A stretch of 64,000 bases of DNA from Anaerohalosphaeraceae bacterium (GCA_021108375.1 JAIORA010000042.1:73046-137045), one strand, 5' to 3'; positions 28,971 through 39,476 are shown, counted from the stretch's first letter. A program made the numbers and translations. Notes: generated by a model from the letters alone, not told the origin.

Positions 28971-30425
28971 TTATTTGCTCGGCCGGAGCAGCGGGAACAA
29001 AATTACGTCGCGAATACTGGTCGCCGAAGTAAGCAGCATTACCAACCGGTCTATCCCTATGCCAAGCCCGCCGGCAGGAGGCATTCCATATTTCAGAGCC
29101 GTTATGTAATCATCGTCGAGACTTCGCAAGGTACTTTCATCTTCACCGGCCCCTTCCATCTGGCCGACGAAATTATCGTACTGCACCTGCGGGTCGTTCA
29201 GCTCGGTATAAGCGTTAGCGATTTCCATCTTGCCAATAAACAGCTCGAAACGCTCGGCGTAATCAGGATTTTCCCTGCTGCGTTTGGTAAGCGGGCAAAG
29301 CACTGCGGGGTAATCAATCACGAAAGTCGGGTCGATGAGGTTCTGCTCGACAGTCATTTCAAAAACTTCGTTAATAACCACCGCATCGCCCATTTTATCT
29401 TCCTTTTCAAGGCCTAATTCTCTGGCCTTTTTGCGAACAGCGGCAATGTCATCAATTTTGCAACCCGCAAATTCTGCCAGCAAATCAGCGTACTTCGCGC
29501 GTCTCCACTGCCCTGCATAATTAACCATCATATCGCCGAAAACAATCTGTTTTGAATCGCAATTTTTTTCCACCAACTCACAGACAAGCTCTTCGGTAAT
29601 ATCCATCATTACATTGTAGTCGGCGTAGGCCTGGTAGAGTTCCATCATCGTAAACTCCGGATTATGACGCGGACTGAGGCCTTCATTGCGGAAGTTGCGA
29701 TTTATCTCGAAAACTTTTTCCATCCCGCCGACAAGCAACCTCTTTAAGAAAAGTTCCGGCGCAATTCTGAGGTAAAGGTCAATATCCAAAGCGTTATGAT
29801 GCGTCATAAAAGGCTTTGCCGCCGCGCCTCCGGGAATCGACTGCATCATCGGCGTTTCGACTTCAAGAAAGTCCCGCTTGCTGAGAAAACTGCGAACCCC
29901 GGATATAATAGCAGTACGCGTTTTGAATCTTTCGAGAACCTCAGGGTTAGCCCAGAGGTCAACGTAACGCTGGCGGTAGCGAATGTCGATGTCGGACAGG
30001 CCGTGAAATTTTTCCGGCGGCTGGAGCAGCGACTTCGCGAGAATTTCAACACTCTCTGACCAGATGGTTATCTCGCCGGTTTTTGTCCTGGCCAATTGGC
30101 CATCGGCATAAATTATATCGCCAAGGTCAAGCAGCTTGAGAAAATCCCAATCGCCGGCCATCAACTTTTTGCTCATACCAATCTGAATCGTTCCGCTGCA
30201 ATCACGCAGGGTTATGAATATGAGCTTGCCTATATCCCGCAAAAGTACGATGCGTCCTGCGCATTTGGCTCGCTGAGCGGGATTGTCGTCTTCAAATCGG
30301 GCCTTAACCGCAGAGGCAGATTCGATGCCATCGCATCTCTGGCCGTAAGGGTCTTTGCCCATCTGCGCGATAAGATTGAGCTTTTCGAGCCTTTGCTGTT
30401 CTAATTTACCTTTTTCTTCAGTCAC
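28971..30425 (-). CDS. lysS: Lysine--tRNA ligase (class II)
   Basis: OB-fold N-domain plus class II motifs (FLEVETPMM, ...NEGLSPRHNPEFTMME..., GGLGIGIDRLVMLL). Confidence 0.95.
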   Translation of the reverse strand: MTEEKGKLEQQRLEKLNLIAQMGKDPYGQRCDGIESASAVKARFEDDNPAQRAKCAGRIVLLRDIGKLIFITLRDCSGTIQIGMSKKLMAGDWDFLKLLDLGDIIYADGQLARTKTGEITIWSESVEILAKSLLQPPEKFHGLSDIDIRYRQRYVDLWANPEVLERFKTRTAIISGVRSFLSKRDFLEVETPMMQSIPGGAAAKPFMTHHNALDIDLYLRIAPELFLKRLLVGGMEKVFEINRNFRNEGLSPRHNPEFTMMELYQAYADYNVMMDITEELVCELVEKNCDSKQIVFGDMMVNYAGQWRRAKYADLLAEFAGCKIDDIAAVRKKARELGLEKEDKMGDAVVINEVFEMTVEQNLIDPTFVIDYPAVLCPLTKRSRENPDYAERFELFIGKMEIANAYTELNDPQVQYDNFVGQMEGAGEDESTLRSLDDDYITALKYGMPPAGGLGIGIDRLVMLLTSATSIRDVILFPLLRPSK

Positions 30426-30436
30426 AATTTCACCAA

Positions 30437-32671
30437 CTATTTCAACTTTCGTTCAATTATTTTTGTTTTTGCCACGAGTATCGCCGAAGCCAACTGGATG
30501 TCCGCCTCGATGGTTTCGTTTACATCGTGCCTTTTAAACTCGGCTTTACTGCTATCGTGGTTCGTGCCAACTAAAACATCGTTATCACGCTGGATATCGA
30601 AAATTTTCTTAATCTCTTCGCTGTTGAGTTTAATCTCAATGTCCGGCATAATGCCCCAGTCTTTTCTGTCAGCCTTTTTCATTTCAAAACGGCTCCTGAC
30701 CCTATCGCCATTTGGCAGGTGGTAATGAGCCATCGTGTATTTCATTTGTGCCTTTCCGCCGGGATAGCCGGTTATGGTCTGGACGCTTCCTTTGCCATAA
30801 CTTTGCCTGCCTACGAGTATCGCTCTTGAATGCGTCTCGTCAGCCAGAGCGCCTGCAACGATTTCCGAAGCACTTGCCGAGCCGCCGTTAATCAGTATCA
30901 CCAGCGGATAATCCGGGTGCGTACCTCTTTTGTGGGCGGGTTCCCAGGTAGGCACGCCAAACCTCGGCTGAGAACTGACAATGATGCCGCTGCTGATGAA
31001 CATATCGACTATTTGAGCGGCGGTTTGGAGATAGCCGCCAGAGTTATATCTTAAATCGAGTACCAGCGCACCGAGGTGGTCGCTTTCAATTTTTTTCAAC
31101 ACTTTTTTGAACTCGGCGGTAGTATTGCCGGAAAAACTTGTTAAGCGAACGTAGCCTATTTTTGCATGGTCATCCACGATATATTTCCAATCGCCCTGGT
31201 CGCTGCGACTCCAGCCGCGAATTGTGGGAACGATTATCCGGGCTCTGGTTATTTCAATGTCTCTGGACTTTTCCTGACCTTGACTGCGAACGGTTAAAAC
31301 AACTTTTGTACCTGCCGGGCCGGTGATTTTACTAACCGCGCAGTTGATTGACATATCGCGAGTAATTTCCCCGTCAACAGCTTCTATAACGTCGCCAGCA
31401 TCAAGACCGGAAAAATAAGCAGGTGTGCCGGGAAGAAGACTTGTTGCCCTGAGCTGGCCATCGGCTTTGCTGATTTCGATACCTACGCCAGTAAACTCGT
31501 TAGTCATACTCTTTTGAAAATCGGAAGTCTGTTTTGGCCAGATAAGCATTGTATGTGGGTCAAGCTCAGCCAGTGATGCCTCTGCAAACTGTGCTATCAC
31601 CAACTCCTTTTGCAAAGCAATCGTCTGGCTATTCAGCTCAATAACCGCTTTGAACATTTTTATATACTGGTCCTGGCTGATTCCAATCGGAGATTCGCCC
31701 AACTGAGATTGCAACTTCTTTATCCCCGAAACAAAAACAGGTATCTGGTCTTTATCGAACTCAATATTGAAAGAGCCTTTTTCCTGTTCTTCCGGAACAA
31801 TCAAATCATTACTATCGACCTCTCTTGAAACGACCGGCTCATCCTTAAACTTATCAGCCATCGACAAAACCTCTGCGAGATTTTCGTACCGCTTGAGAGA
31901 AGCCTTGAGCATATCGCTGTAATAGAAAGGCGAAACGTAGCCGTACTGAAGCACTTCAAGGCTTCTGATAAACATCTGCTCGGTTATACCATTATACCTC
32001 TGAGCGGTATCTTCGCAGGGGCTGTCGGTGAGCGAAGACTTTATAATAATCTTTTCGGTAAGCTGTTCTTTGTGCTGCTCATAAGAATCGTTGTCCTCGT
32101 ACAATATCGTCAGCCAACTGTAACATCGCAAAAGCGAATCCATCCACTGGCCCTGCTTTTCATACTCGCTCGCTCTGACGATTGCTTTTTCGACTGCTGA
32201 GACAATGAACTTATCGGCAGTTATTTTGTCTTTATCGGCAGGTGCGGAGAGGTCTCTGATTTTTACCGCCACACTAAAAATATCCAGCGTGTTAGGCTCG
32301 TTTACTTCCGCGTCGGTTTTTAGCTTTGCCAACTCGTCAAGCCGAGCTTTGAGGCTTTCGATTCTGAGATTTTCCCGCTTTTGGACAATAGCGGTATAGT
32401 CATTTATAGCCAGCTTGAGTTCAGCCGCGTTAGCATCGTTAGTATCAAGATGAGTTGCTATCTTTTCAGCTTGGGTAAATTCGCCGGCATATACCGCTTT
32501 AAGCGCAGCCTCAACACTGTTATCGATTGGCACGTTGACAATCGATTGCTCAACCACTGGCGGCTTGGCCGTGGGCTTATCTTTAGCTGAGACAGCCATC
32601 GCCTGCACTGATGCGCAGCAAAAACCTATCGCAAGCAAAATCGGGAACAAAAATAATCTATTTTTTTTCAT
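30437..32671 (-). CDS. S41 family C-terminal processing peptidase with a long N-terminal domain and a PDZ domain
   Basis: Signal peptide MKKNRLFLFPILLAIGFCCASVQA from the ATG at 32671. PDZ (GTPAYFSGLDAGDVI). S41 core (INGGSASASEI, ...GKGSVQ). Confidence 0.85.
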   Translation of the reverse strand: MKKNRLFLFPILLAIGFCCASVQAMAVSAKDKPTAKPPVVEQSIVNVPIDNSVEAALKAVYAGEFTQAEKIATHLDTNDANAAELKLAINDYTAIVQKRENLRIESLKARLDELAKLKTDAEVNEPNTLDIFSVAVKIRDLSAPADKDKITADKFIVSAVEKAIVRASEYEKQGQWMDSLLRCYSWLTILYEDNDSYEQHKEQLTEKIIIKSSLTDSPCEDTAQRYNGITEQMFIRSLEVLQYGYVSPFYYSDMLKASLKRYENLAEVLSMADKFKDEPVVSREVDSNDLIVPEEQEKGSFNIEFDKDQIPVFVSGIKKLQSQLGESPIGISQDQYIKMFKAVIELNSQTIALQKELVIAQFAEASLAELDPHTMLIWPKQTSDFQKSMTNEFTGVGIEISKADGQLRATSLLPGTPAYFSGLDAGDVIEAVDGEITRDMSINCAVSKITGPAGTKVVLTVRSQGQEKSRDIEITRARIIVPTIRGWSRSDQGDWKYIVDDHAKIGYVRLTSFSGNTTAEFKKVLKKIESDHLGALVLDLRYNSGGYLQTAAQIVDMFISSGIIVSSQPRFGVPTWEPAHKRGTHPDYPLVILINGGSASASEIVAGALADETHSRAILVGRQSYGKGSVQTITGYPGGKAQMKYTMAHYHLPNGDRVRSRFEMKKADRKDWGIMPDIEIKLNSEEIKKIFDIQRDNDVLVGTNHDSSKAEFKRHDVNETIEADIQLASAILVAKTKIIERKLK

Positions 32672-32785
32672 CTGCTGTGTCCGTTTTATACCAAACTTTA
32701 TTAAAAAGGTATGCCCCTGACTTTTGGCCGGGGGCATACTTGAAAAGCTGATTCTTTGAAACCTAATTTAAAAACTGCTTACCTC

Positions 32786-33736
32786 TTACAGGCATTCAGC
32801 CGCTTTGCCGGTGCATCCCAGAACTTTCAGCTTGTGAACGACCATCGCTTCAATAGCATCTCTGGCCGGGCCTAAGTATTTTCGAGGGTCAAATTCAGCC
32901 GGTTTTTCGGCAAAGACCTGCCTGATTTTAGCGGTAAGAGCCATTCTCAGGTCGGTATCGATATTAACTTTGCAAACTGCCATCTTTGAAGCATCCGTTA
33001 TAGCATCTTCCGGCACGCCGCAAGCGTCAGGCATATCGCCGCCGTACTTGTTGATAAGGTCTTTAAACTCTTTAAGAACACTGCTTGAGCCGTGCATAAC
33101 CAGCGGATAGTTGGGAACTCTTTTCTGAATATCCTCAACAACGTCAAAGGCCAGCTTGGGAGCTGTTTTGAACTTGTAAGCACCGTGACTCGTGCCGATA
33201 GCAACTGCCAGTGAGTCAACGCCTGTTTTTTCGATGAACTCTTCGGCCTGGTCAGGGTTGGTCAGATGGCTCATAACTTCGTCGTGGCTCACGCCGACAA
33301 CATCTTCTTCAATACCACCAAGCTTGCCAAGTTCTGCCTCAACGACAACGCCTTTATCATGAGCATAATCAACGACCTGTTTGGTAAGTTTGATATTATC
33401 TTCAAAATCGAGATGCGAGCCGTCAATCATAACCGAGGTAAAACCATCGTCAACGCACTGCCTGCAAGTCTCGAACGTATCGCCGTGGTCTAAGTGCATA
33501 CAAATCGGAATGTCCGGGTTCTCAGCGACAGCAACATCAATAATCGCCTTGAGGTAGCTCATCGAAGCATAGGAACGCGCACCACGCGAAATCTGCAAAA
33601 TCAGCGGAGCCTTTTCCTTAGCTACAGCACTGACGATGCCCTGTGTAATTTCCATATTGTTTACATTAAAAGCACCAATCGCATATCCGTTCTGGTAAGC
33701 CATCTGAAACATTTTTTTCGTATCAACTAAAGCCAT
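32786..33736 (-). CDS. fba: Class II fructose-1,6-bisphosphate aldolase
   Basis: GYAIGAFNVNNME, HLDHG, GSHLDFEENI-like motif, HG(S/A)S. GGAAGGA RBS before the ATG at 33736. Confidence 0.92.
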   Translation of the reverse strand: MALVDTKKMFQMAYQNGYAIGAFNVNNMEITQGIVSAVAKEKAPLILQISRGARSYASMSYLKAIIDVAVAENPDIPICMHLDHGDTFETCRQCVDDGFTSVMIDGSHLDFEDNIKLTKQVVDYAHDKGVVVEAELGKLGGIEEDVVGVSHDEVMSHLTNPDQAEEFIEKTGVDSLAVAIGTSHGAYKFKTAPKLAFDVVEDIQKRVPNYPLVMHGSSSVLKEFKDLINKYGGDMPDACGVPEDAITDASKMAVCKVNIDTDLRMALTAKIRQVFAEKPAEFDPRKYLGPARDAIEAMVVHKLKVLGCTGKAAECL

Positions 33737-33884
33737 AATTACATTTCCTTCCAAAATCCTAAAAAACAAACATTATTAACTGTTACAAATTACTACAGCA
33801 GCCGAGCAGCGGAAGCTGCCGGATAATTTTTTAGCCCCAAATTTATCGGGATTTACCAGCTCTTATAGCAGTTTTAGGAAACCT

Positions 33885-36800
33885 CTAATAATCTCTGCCA
33901 CCTGGCGAATCCATTCCCAACGATGGGCCTGTTCCAGAGAACATCGAACCCAGACCTTCAGGCCATATATTAAAGAATATGACCTGTCTGTCAAGTGATT
34001 CATCCTTGCTGAATGTAAAACCGTAATAAACTCTGTGATATCGCCTTATAAGTGATATTTCCCGCAGAATTCGCCTGCCGTAATCGAAATCGTACTGATA
34101 CGTTACGCTGACCATATATCGCGGATTAATCTTGTACGTCGCCGCAAAGACAAACGCATTAGAGCCGTGTTCGGTATGTGTGTTATTTTCGCCCGGAACC
34201 TCGATGCTGCGCAGGTACCTGCTGCCTATATAATAGCTCAGGTTCGGCCAGCGGTATCGTGCAATACCGATATTAAACTGCTCAACCTCCCCGCTCTGCG
34301 TGTCGTAATTCATATCACTCATAAACGCCATCGTATCACTGACCCGCCAAACGTAATCGGCATTGAGGCTTCTTCGCTGCGGGCCGTAAGGCTCGCTCGA
34401 GCCGAACCGACCGGCATCTGTGCCGAATATGTCTGGAGCACTTTTAACAGCCAACGGCACAAATGGCGCATTGTAACTGTATTTGTCCGACCGGCGAGGA
34501 CTATCTTCAGGGTCCTCAACCCACGTATAATCGAGATTTAACCTCATCCACTCAACGTCTCTCTGCTTATCGCCAATACCCCTTTTAGTCTGCCATCTCT
34601 GAAGCAGGCCGATATTAGCGGTATTCTTTTGCTCGACAACCTTGTCGCTCTCAGCGAAAAATGCTGCCGAAGCGTATGGCTTGATAATATGACGGATGCC
34701 GTTCAAGTCCCAGAATTCCGATTGAACATCCTCGTAAACTTTCCAGAACTGTCTTGATGCTCGCAGGCCTGCCTCGCCAATAAAAACATTTTTACTGCCA
34801 AACGTGCCGGTATTAGTACCGTCAACAAGACCCTTGGCAAAACCACTGCGGTCGTCATAGCCGAACGTACCAGCAACGTAAGGGACAATCCTGCTGTTAC
34901 CGATATTCAATGGCATATCCAGCTCGGTCCTACTCGAACCTGCGGTAAAGTCTTCCTCGGAAATATTGTAAGTATGTTCATCGCCTATTCGCTGCCTGAA
35001 CCTGCCTGCATAGCTATCGCTGTACAAAGTAAACTTATCGTCAAACAGCGACTGTCCGACTAAATGGTACTGAGCTGAGGGCAACTCTTCCATCTGGTCG
35101 TAAAAATCGTTTATCCTCCACTTGCCCATAACAGCAAAGGCCCAGTTGTCTTTGAGTCTCTTCATATGAATGAGCGTTTCCTGCTCTTTGCTCGTGAGGA
35201 ATTCACTCCTAAAGAAAGACTCGTGATAATTTTCGTCCGACATATAACTGGCTTCTAAGGTCATCTGCCAGTCATAAGGCAGAAAATGCCGATGCTGGAA
35301 CTGTGCGCTGCCGCGAAGCTCCCTGTCAGGCTTGATGTCCTGCCTGTCCCTGCTGAGATTGTCTTCGCCTTTATCCTTTATCAGATAAGTTCTCAGGTTG
35401 CCGAAATAGTCATTCCTGTCATAGATTATTCTTGTGCCAACAGCGTTGCCACGTTTGCCAAAGTAATCGTAAATGAAAGTCGATTCCACGCCTTCCGGCT
35501 CGCGCATACCCAGCAGTCGTGCCATATACCATTCGGTCCGAGCAGTAAAACCATCGTCGCTGTCGTGGCCGAACGAAGCCCGTTTTATAGGTATTTCAGC
35601 CCAGTCCATCGGCCCGCTAAGGAACGGCAACCAGAAGAACGTCCGGTCGTTCTGCCTGAACTTAACGTTCTTCATTTTCACTCGGCCATACCTTTTGCCA
35701 ATCCTGTTGCCATAAAGGTCAACCGCATCCTCACTGGTTGCGACAATCGACGAAGCGGCCAGCTCGATTTGAGGATTGTAAAACTCGCTGCTGGTTATAA
35801 CTACATTTTCAGCGGCGAATTTGCCCTGGCAAATCTGACGCATCTTATCTGCCCTGAGGAACATCGGAATACCCATTTCCTCCGAATATGTCTTCAGAAC
35901 AGAATCAACCGCAAGGGCCTGTCTGTACTGGAAATCGTAGTACATCTGAGCGCAGCGGATAGTCCGCTGGCCCTGGGTCATTATGCAATTGCCGCTGAAA
36001 TATATGCCCTTTACGGCACTATCGCCGAGCAGTTTTTGCGGGTCGTCGGACGATTTGGACAGGGACGATTTTTCGGAATAGAAAATCACAGCACTGTCCG
36101 CCTGAAATTCCAGTACGTCGCCCTCTTCGTCCTGCTTTTGCCACAGGTAGAACCTGTTGAGTACTGTTGCGACTGACGAGCCATCGGGCGTTTGTTCCTT
36201 GAATATCCTTACCGGCTCAGAACCTACACCGCTTATGTTTACAGGATAGCGGAAACGCGGTGCTGCCGGCACGATAGCAGCCGGAGAAACAGCAGCAGCC
36301 TTGCCGGAGCGGTCAGTACCGAAAATCGCTTCAAATACGTTAAGCCCTTCAGTCCTTGCCGAGGTCGAACCGCCCTTAGCAGATTTCGCTAAAACAGGCT
36401 GTCCAGCCGGCTGCAATTTCAATTGGCCGGTAGCGATTAGGGCATCACGGTATAGACTACTCTGGCGAGGGTCTTCGATTATGCGCTTGTCAGCGGTTAC
36501 AAAAATTTCGCCTTCAATGTCAAACTCTGCGATGGTTGACTCGCTACCCGTAAGAAAGTTACTGCTCAAATCGATTCCTGCCGATTTTGAACCACGACCG
36601 GCACGGATTAAAGCTGTCGCTGGCATACAAACCACAACTTTATGCTCGACCGATGAGACTCCGCGATATTGAGTGATTATGCTCTTGAGCCAGACAACCG
36701 CCCTGTCGCTTTTGAATTGATTATCGCCGAGACTCAAGTTAAAACCATCATCAAATACGAGAATATGCTCATCAGAAGCCGATTGAAAGCTCTTGACCGC

Positions 36801-36926
36801 CGCAGCGTTGAGATACAAATCGTCCGCGCCGAAGAGGTCAGCCCTGACCTGCCCGGCGGCAAAAGATGCGGTAACAGCAGTGAAACAGAGGAATAAAGCT
36901 GTAATATAGATAAACCTACTCGGCAT
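33885..36926 (-). CDS. LptD/OstA-like outer-membrane LPS-assembly protein
   Basis: Signal peptide. Two OstA-like segments (FNLSLGDNQFKSDRAVVWL; FSGNCIMTQGQRTIRCAQMYYDF). LptD-like FFWLPFLSGP...RASFGHDSDDGF. A long aromatic-rich beta-barrel C-terminus. Confidence 0.6.
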   Translation of the reverse strand: MPSRFIYITALFLCFTAVTASFAAGQVRADLFGADDLYLNAAAVKSFQSASDEHILVFDDGFNLSLGDNQFKSDRAVVWLKSIITQYRGVSSVEHKVVVCMPATALIRAGRGSKSAGIDLSSNFLTGSESTIAEFDIEGEIFVTADKRIIEDPRQSSLYRDALIATGQLKLQPAGQPVLAKSAKGGSTSARTEGLNVFEAIFGTDRSGKAAAVSPAAIVPAAPRFRYPVNISGVGSEPVRIFKEQTPDGSSVATVLNRFYLWQKQDEEGDVLEFQADSAVIFYSEKSSLSKSSDDPQKLLGDSAVKGIYFSGNCIMTQGQRTIRCAQMYYDFQYRQALAVDSVLKTYSEEMGIPMFLRADKMRQICQGKFAAENVVITSSEFYNPQIELAASSIVATSEDAVDLYGNRIGKRYGRVKMKNVKFRQNDRTFFWLPFLSGPMDWAEIPIKRASFGHDSDDGFTARTEWYMARLLGMREPEGVESTFIYDYFGKRGNAVGTRIIYDRNDYFGNLRTYLIKDKGEDNLSRDRQDIKPDRELRGSAQFQHRHFLPYDWQMTLEASYMSDENYHESFFRSEFLTSKEQETLIHMKRLKDNWAFAVMGKWRINDFYDQMEELPSAQYHLVGQSLFDDKFTLYSDSYAGRFRQRIGDEHTYNISEEDFTAGSSRTELDMPLNIGNSRIVPYVAGTFGYDDRSGFAKGLVDGTNTGTFGSKNVFIGEAGLRASRQFWKVYEDVQSEFWDLNGIRHIIKPYASAAFFAESDKVVEQKNTANIGLLQRWQTKRGIGDKQRDVEWMRLNLDYTWVEDPEDSPRRSDKYSYNAPFVPLAVKSAPDIFGTDAGRFGSSEPYGPQRRSLNADYVWRVSDTMAFMSDMNYDTQSGEVEQFNIGIARYRWPNLSYYIGSRYLRSIEVPGENNTHTEHGSNAFVFAATYKINPRYMVSVTYQYDFDYGRRILREISLIRRYHRVYYGFTFSKDESLDRQVIFFNIWPEGLGSMFSGTGPSLGMDSPGGRDY

Positions 36927-37090
36927 AAAAAACCTTGAACAATCCGTTGATAAATAATTTAGTTGTGATTATAGCCCTTAGGCTTTGTAACGCCAGTAAA
37001 AACCGTTTTTTAACACTTTTTAATACTGATAACAGCTATATCGAATAATTTAGTCCGATAAGATTAAATAAAAAATACCAATTATTGGGA

Positions 37091-37119
37091 TTGACCTTGC
37101 ACTTTGGGGGTTTTAAAAT
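37091..37119 (+). promoter_or_regulatory. Sigma70-type promoter upstream of the 86-aa ORF
   Basis: TTGACC (37091-37096), 17-nt spacer, TAAAAT (37114-37119). Confidence 0.45.
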
Positions 37120-37215
37120 GCGGATTCTTAGTTTTGCCGTTGCTTTTTTCGCTGCGAAAAAAGCTGATAAGTCCTTGTTATTAAATACTATACATAAATT
37201 TTCGATGGATGAAAA

Positions 37216-37476
37216 ATGAGCGAAAAACAACATTCGAGCTATCAACAGAACGTAATAAAAAATTATTATCAGAATCTCGATACCATCACGCTGACAAAGC
37301 TGCAGGAACTGGTAACTGAGCTTTATTTAGCTGATAGTGCCCAAAAACAGAAAAAACTCTGGGCAAATGTCGAAAAAGCGATGATTAAACTGAAAATCAA
37401 GCCTGCGGTAATGGAAAACATCCTCAAAAAACGCAACGTGGTGATATTAGCCAAAAATCTTAACGACTGGCTGTAA
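37216..37476 (+). CDS. Hypothetical small helical protein (86 aa)
   Basis: ORF with its own promoter candidate. No family recognised. Followed by a GGATTCGGCCTTTGGCCG hairpin module. Confidence 0.45.
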   Translation: MSEKQHSSYQQNVIKNYYQNLDTITLTKLQELVTELYLADSAQKQKKLWANVEKAMIKLKIKPAVMENILKKRNVVILAKNLNDWL

Positions 37477-37526
37477 ATAACAGGATTCGGCCTTTGGCCG
37501 GGACAAATTTACACCAGAAACGGCAC

Positions 37527-37556
37527 TTGACAAAAATAGTGATTAACGGGTATAAT
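37527..37556 (+). promoter_or_regulatory. Near-consensus sigma70 promoter
   Basis: TTGACA (37527-37532), 18-nt spacer, TATAAT (37551-37556). Confidence 0.6.
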
Positions 37557-37582
37557 TACGTCTGAAATAAGTGTTTTTTAAA

Positions 37583-37614
37583 GCCAAGGACGGTTTTCGT
37601 TCGTGGCTTTTTTT
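37583..37614 (+). terminator. Intrinsic terminator-like hairpin between the promoter and the lipoprotein gene
   Basis: GCCAAGGACG-GTTTT-CGTTCGTGGC (10-bp stem, one mismatch) followed by T7. It ends 15 nt before the ATG at 37629. Confidence 0.6.
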
Positions 37615-37628
37615 ATTGCGGGTGTGAT

Positions 37629-38021
37629 ATGAAAAAAATTCTACTAATCGTTTTGGCTTCGACAGCGATGATAACGATTTGCGGCTGTGCCAAAATCAAA
37701 CTCGGCGACCCCGTTGTGCTGCCCGGCCTAAACGAAACTCACGCCAAGATGACAAATTGTCTGCCGGAGCCAAAATTTCAAAATGGCGACAGGGTATCCT
37801 ATAAAATGCTGAGAGGCTCTACCGGCATAGTTATGCAGTGCGATTATAAATATATTCCACGTCTGAAATCATACTACTGCATTGTTGACTTCTATCCATC
37901 ATCCGCAATGCATTTGGACTTTTCAAAATTCGATAATTACGAACGTCGGTATGTTTATGAATATGAACTTCAACGCTCTTCGCTGGTTCCAAATAAATGG
38001 CAAATGGTAGGGGTGAATTGA
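37629..38021 (+). CDS. Lipoprotein, hypothetical
   Basis: MKKILLIVLASTAMITICGC carries a lipobox-like ITICGC. No family recognised. Confidence 0.6.
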   Translation: MKKILLIVLASTAMITICGCAKIKLGDPVVLPGLNETHAKMTNCLPEPKFQNGDRVSYKMLRGSTGIVMQCDYKYIPRLKSYYCIVDFYPSSAMHLDFSKFDNYERRYVYEYELQRSSLVPNKWQMVGVN

Positions 38022-38033
38022 TATAGGGAACCT

Positions 38034-39476
38034 TTAATTATATATCCCGATTTCGAGCCAATATTGCATTAGTTCGTATAAATCGTCAATATCCGTATCG
38101 CCATCGAAATCCATATCGGAAAATTCGCAGTAATCGTTGTAAATACCGCAATCTTCTCTTAGCCAATACGATGCGAATACTGAAAAGTCGGCTAAATTAT
38201 TTTTGCCGTCAGTATAAAGGTCAACTGGCGATATTTGCCAAGGCAGAATTGGATATGCACCCCAGGCCATAAACCAGTCAGCCTCATCGCCATCGGTATA
38301 TGAAAAATCCCAATCGATGAAACTGCTCTCTATTTTCATCTGCGCATCGGTTAAAGGTGTCCCCAAACCATTGTCCAGCCCTGCCGTATCAAGAAAGTAA
38401 CAATCAATAATACTGTTGCAGTAATCCCCCCCACAGAATGCGGCTTCACCACTAGCACCAACACTCCCATAGGATGTAACTTGGCTGGTTGAATAACAGT
38501 TTTTAATCAGGCCATCATTCCCATTCAACGAACAGAAGCCACCTTTGCGAGAATATCCGGTTACTGAGCCAGTTGAATAACAATTACTAATGGTACCAGC
38601 GTCATTTATACTGCATAATCCACTACCATCAATCTCATCTGCGATAACAGTTGTGTTAGAATAGCACTTGTTTATATTGCCACCTTTGTTATACCCACAA
38701 AGCCCACCAACGTTTTCTCTTCCTTTTGTAATACCTTTGGACAAACAATTTTGAATATTACCTTGTTCATTAAAGCCACAAATGCCGCCTATATTTTCAC
38801 TACCAACAACCTCTCCGTTTGAAGAGCAGTTCATGATGTAGCCTTCGAAATTATACCCACAAATAAAGCCGATATGTGAAGAAAAACTGTCATCAGGAGG
38901 AATTGTGCACCAATTATACCCACAACAGCCGCACTGCCAGTCACCACTATTGACGTAACCATCAGCGTAAGACTCTATGATTAGACCAAGATTATATCCG
39001 CAAAGTCCAGCAATAAAATATGAGGAATCGGTAATGTTCCAATTACCACCTGTGACATAAATATTATTTAGAGAGACTCGTGTAATAACACCGTTTTGTT
39101 GGAGTTGCCCAAAAAGACCAATATAGTCATTGCCGGTGTCATTTATATCAATAGTCAAATTTATTATAGAGCGATTGTTGCCATCAAATATACCATTAAA
39201 TGGTATTCCGTCAAAATCGCCGTAAGGACTCGTATCTGGTGCTATTACAGCGGTGGTGAAAGTGTGGTTTGCAAGGTTGATGTCGTTTATTAAAATGAAG
39301 CAATCGTTGTAATCATTAGTATCGGCGGCCAAATCAAGCAGGTCATTAGCATCGGCCAATTTATATGGGTCGGCCTCTGTTCCAGAGCCGCCAGAATACT
39401 TGGCGAAAGAGATGCCAGCAAAAAAGATAATAAACAGAAGGCTGATACAGGTCGTTTGACGGAAATTAACGTTCAT
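38034..39476 (-). CDS. Secreted GLUG-motif repeat protein with a dockerin/EF-hand-like C-terminus
   Basis: Signal peptide from the ATG at 39476 (AGGAG RBS). Repeated ...IGGICGFN / VGGLCGYN / GSGLCSIN... units every ~20 aa (GLUG-type). C-terminal DMDFDGDTDIDDLYELMQYWL. Confidence 0.65.
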   Translation of the reverse strand: MNVNFRQTTCISLLFIIFFAGISFAKYSGGSGTEADPYKLADANDLLDLAADTNDYNDCFILINDINLANHTFTTAVIAPDTSPYGDFDGIPFNGIFDGNNRSIINLTIDINDTGNDYIGLFGQLQQNGVITRVSLNNIYVTGGNWNITDSSYFIAGLCGYNLGLIIESYADGYVNSGDWQCGCCGYNWCTIPPDDSFSSHIGFICGYNFEGYIMNCSSNGEVVGSENIGGICGFNEQGNIQNCLSKGITKGRENVGGLCGYNKGGNINKCYSNTTVIADEIDGSGLCSINDAGTISNCYSTGSVTGYSRKGGFCSLNGNDGLIKNCYSTSQVTSYGSVGASGEAAFCGGDYCNSIIDCYFLDTAGLDNGLGTPLTDAQMKIESSFIDWDFSYTDGDEADWFMAWGAYPILPWQISPVDLYTDGKNNLADFSVFASYWLREDCGIYNDYCEFSDMDFDGDTDIDDLYELMQYWLEIGIYN

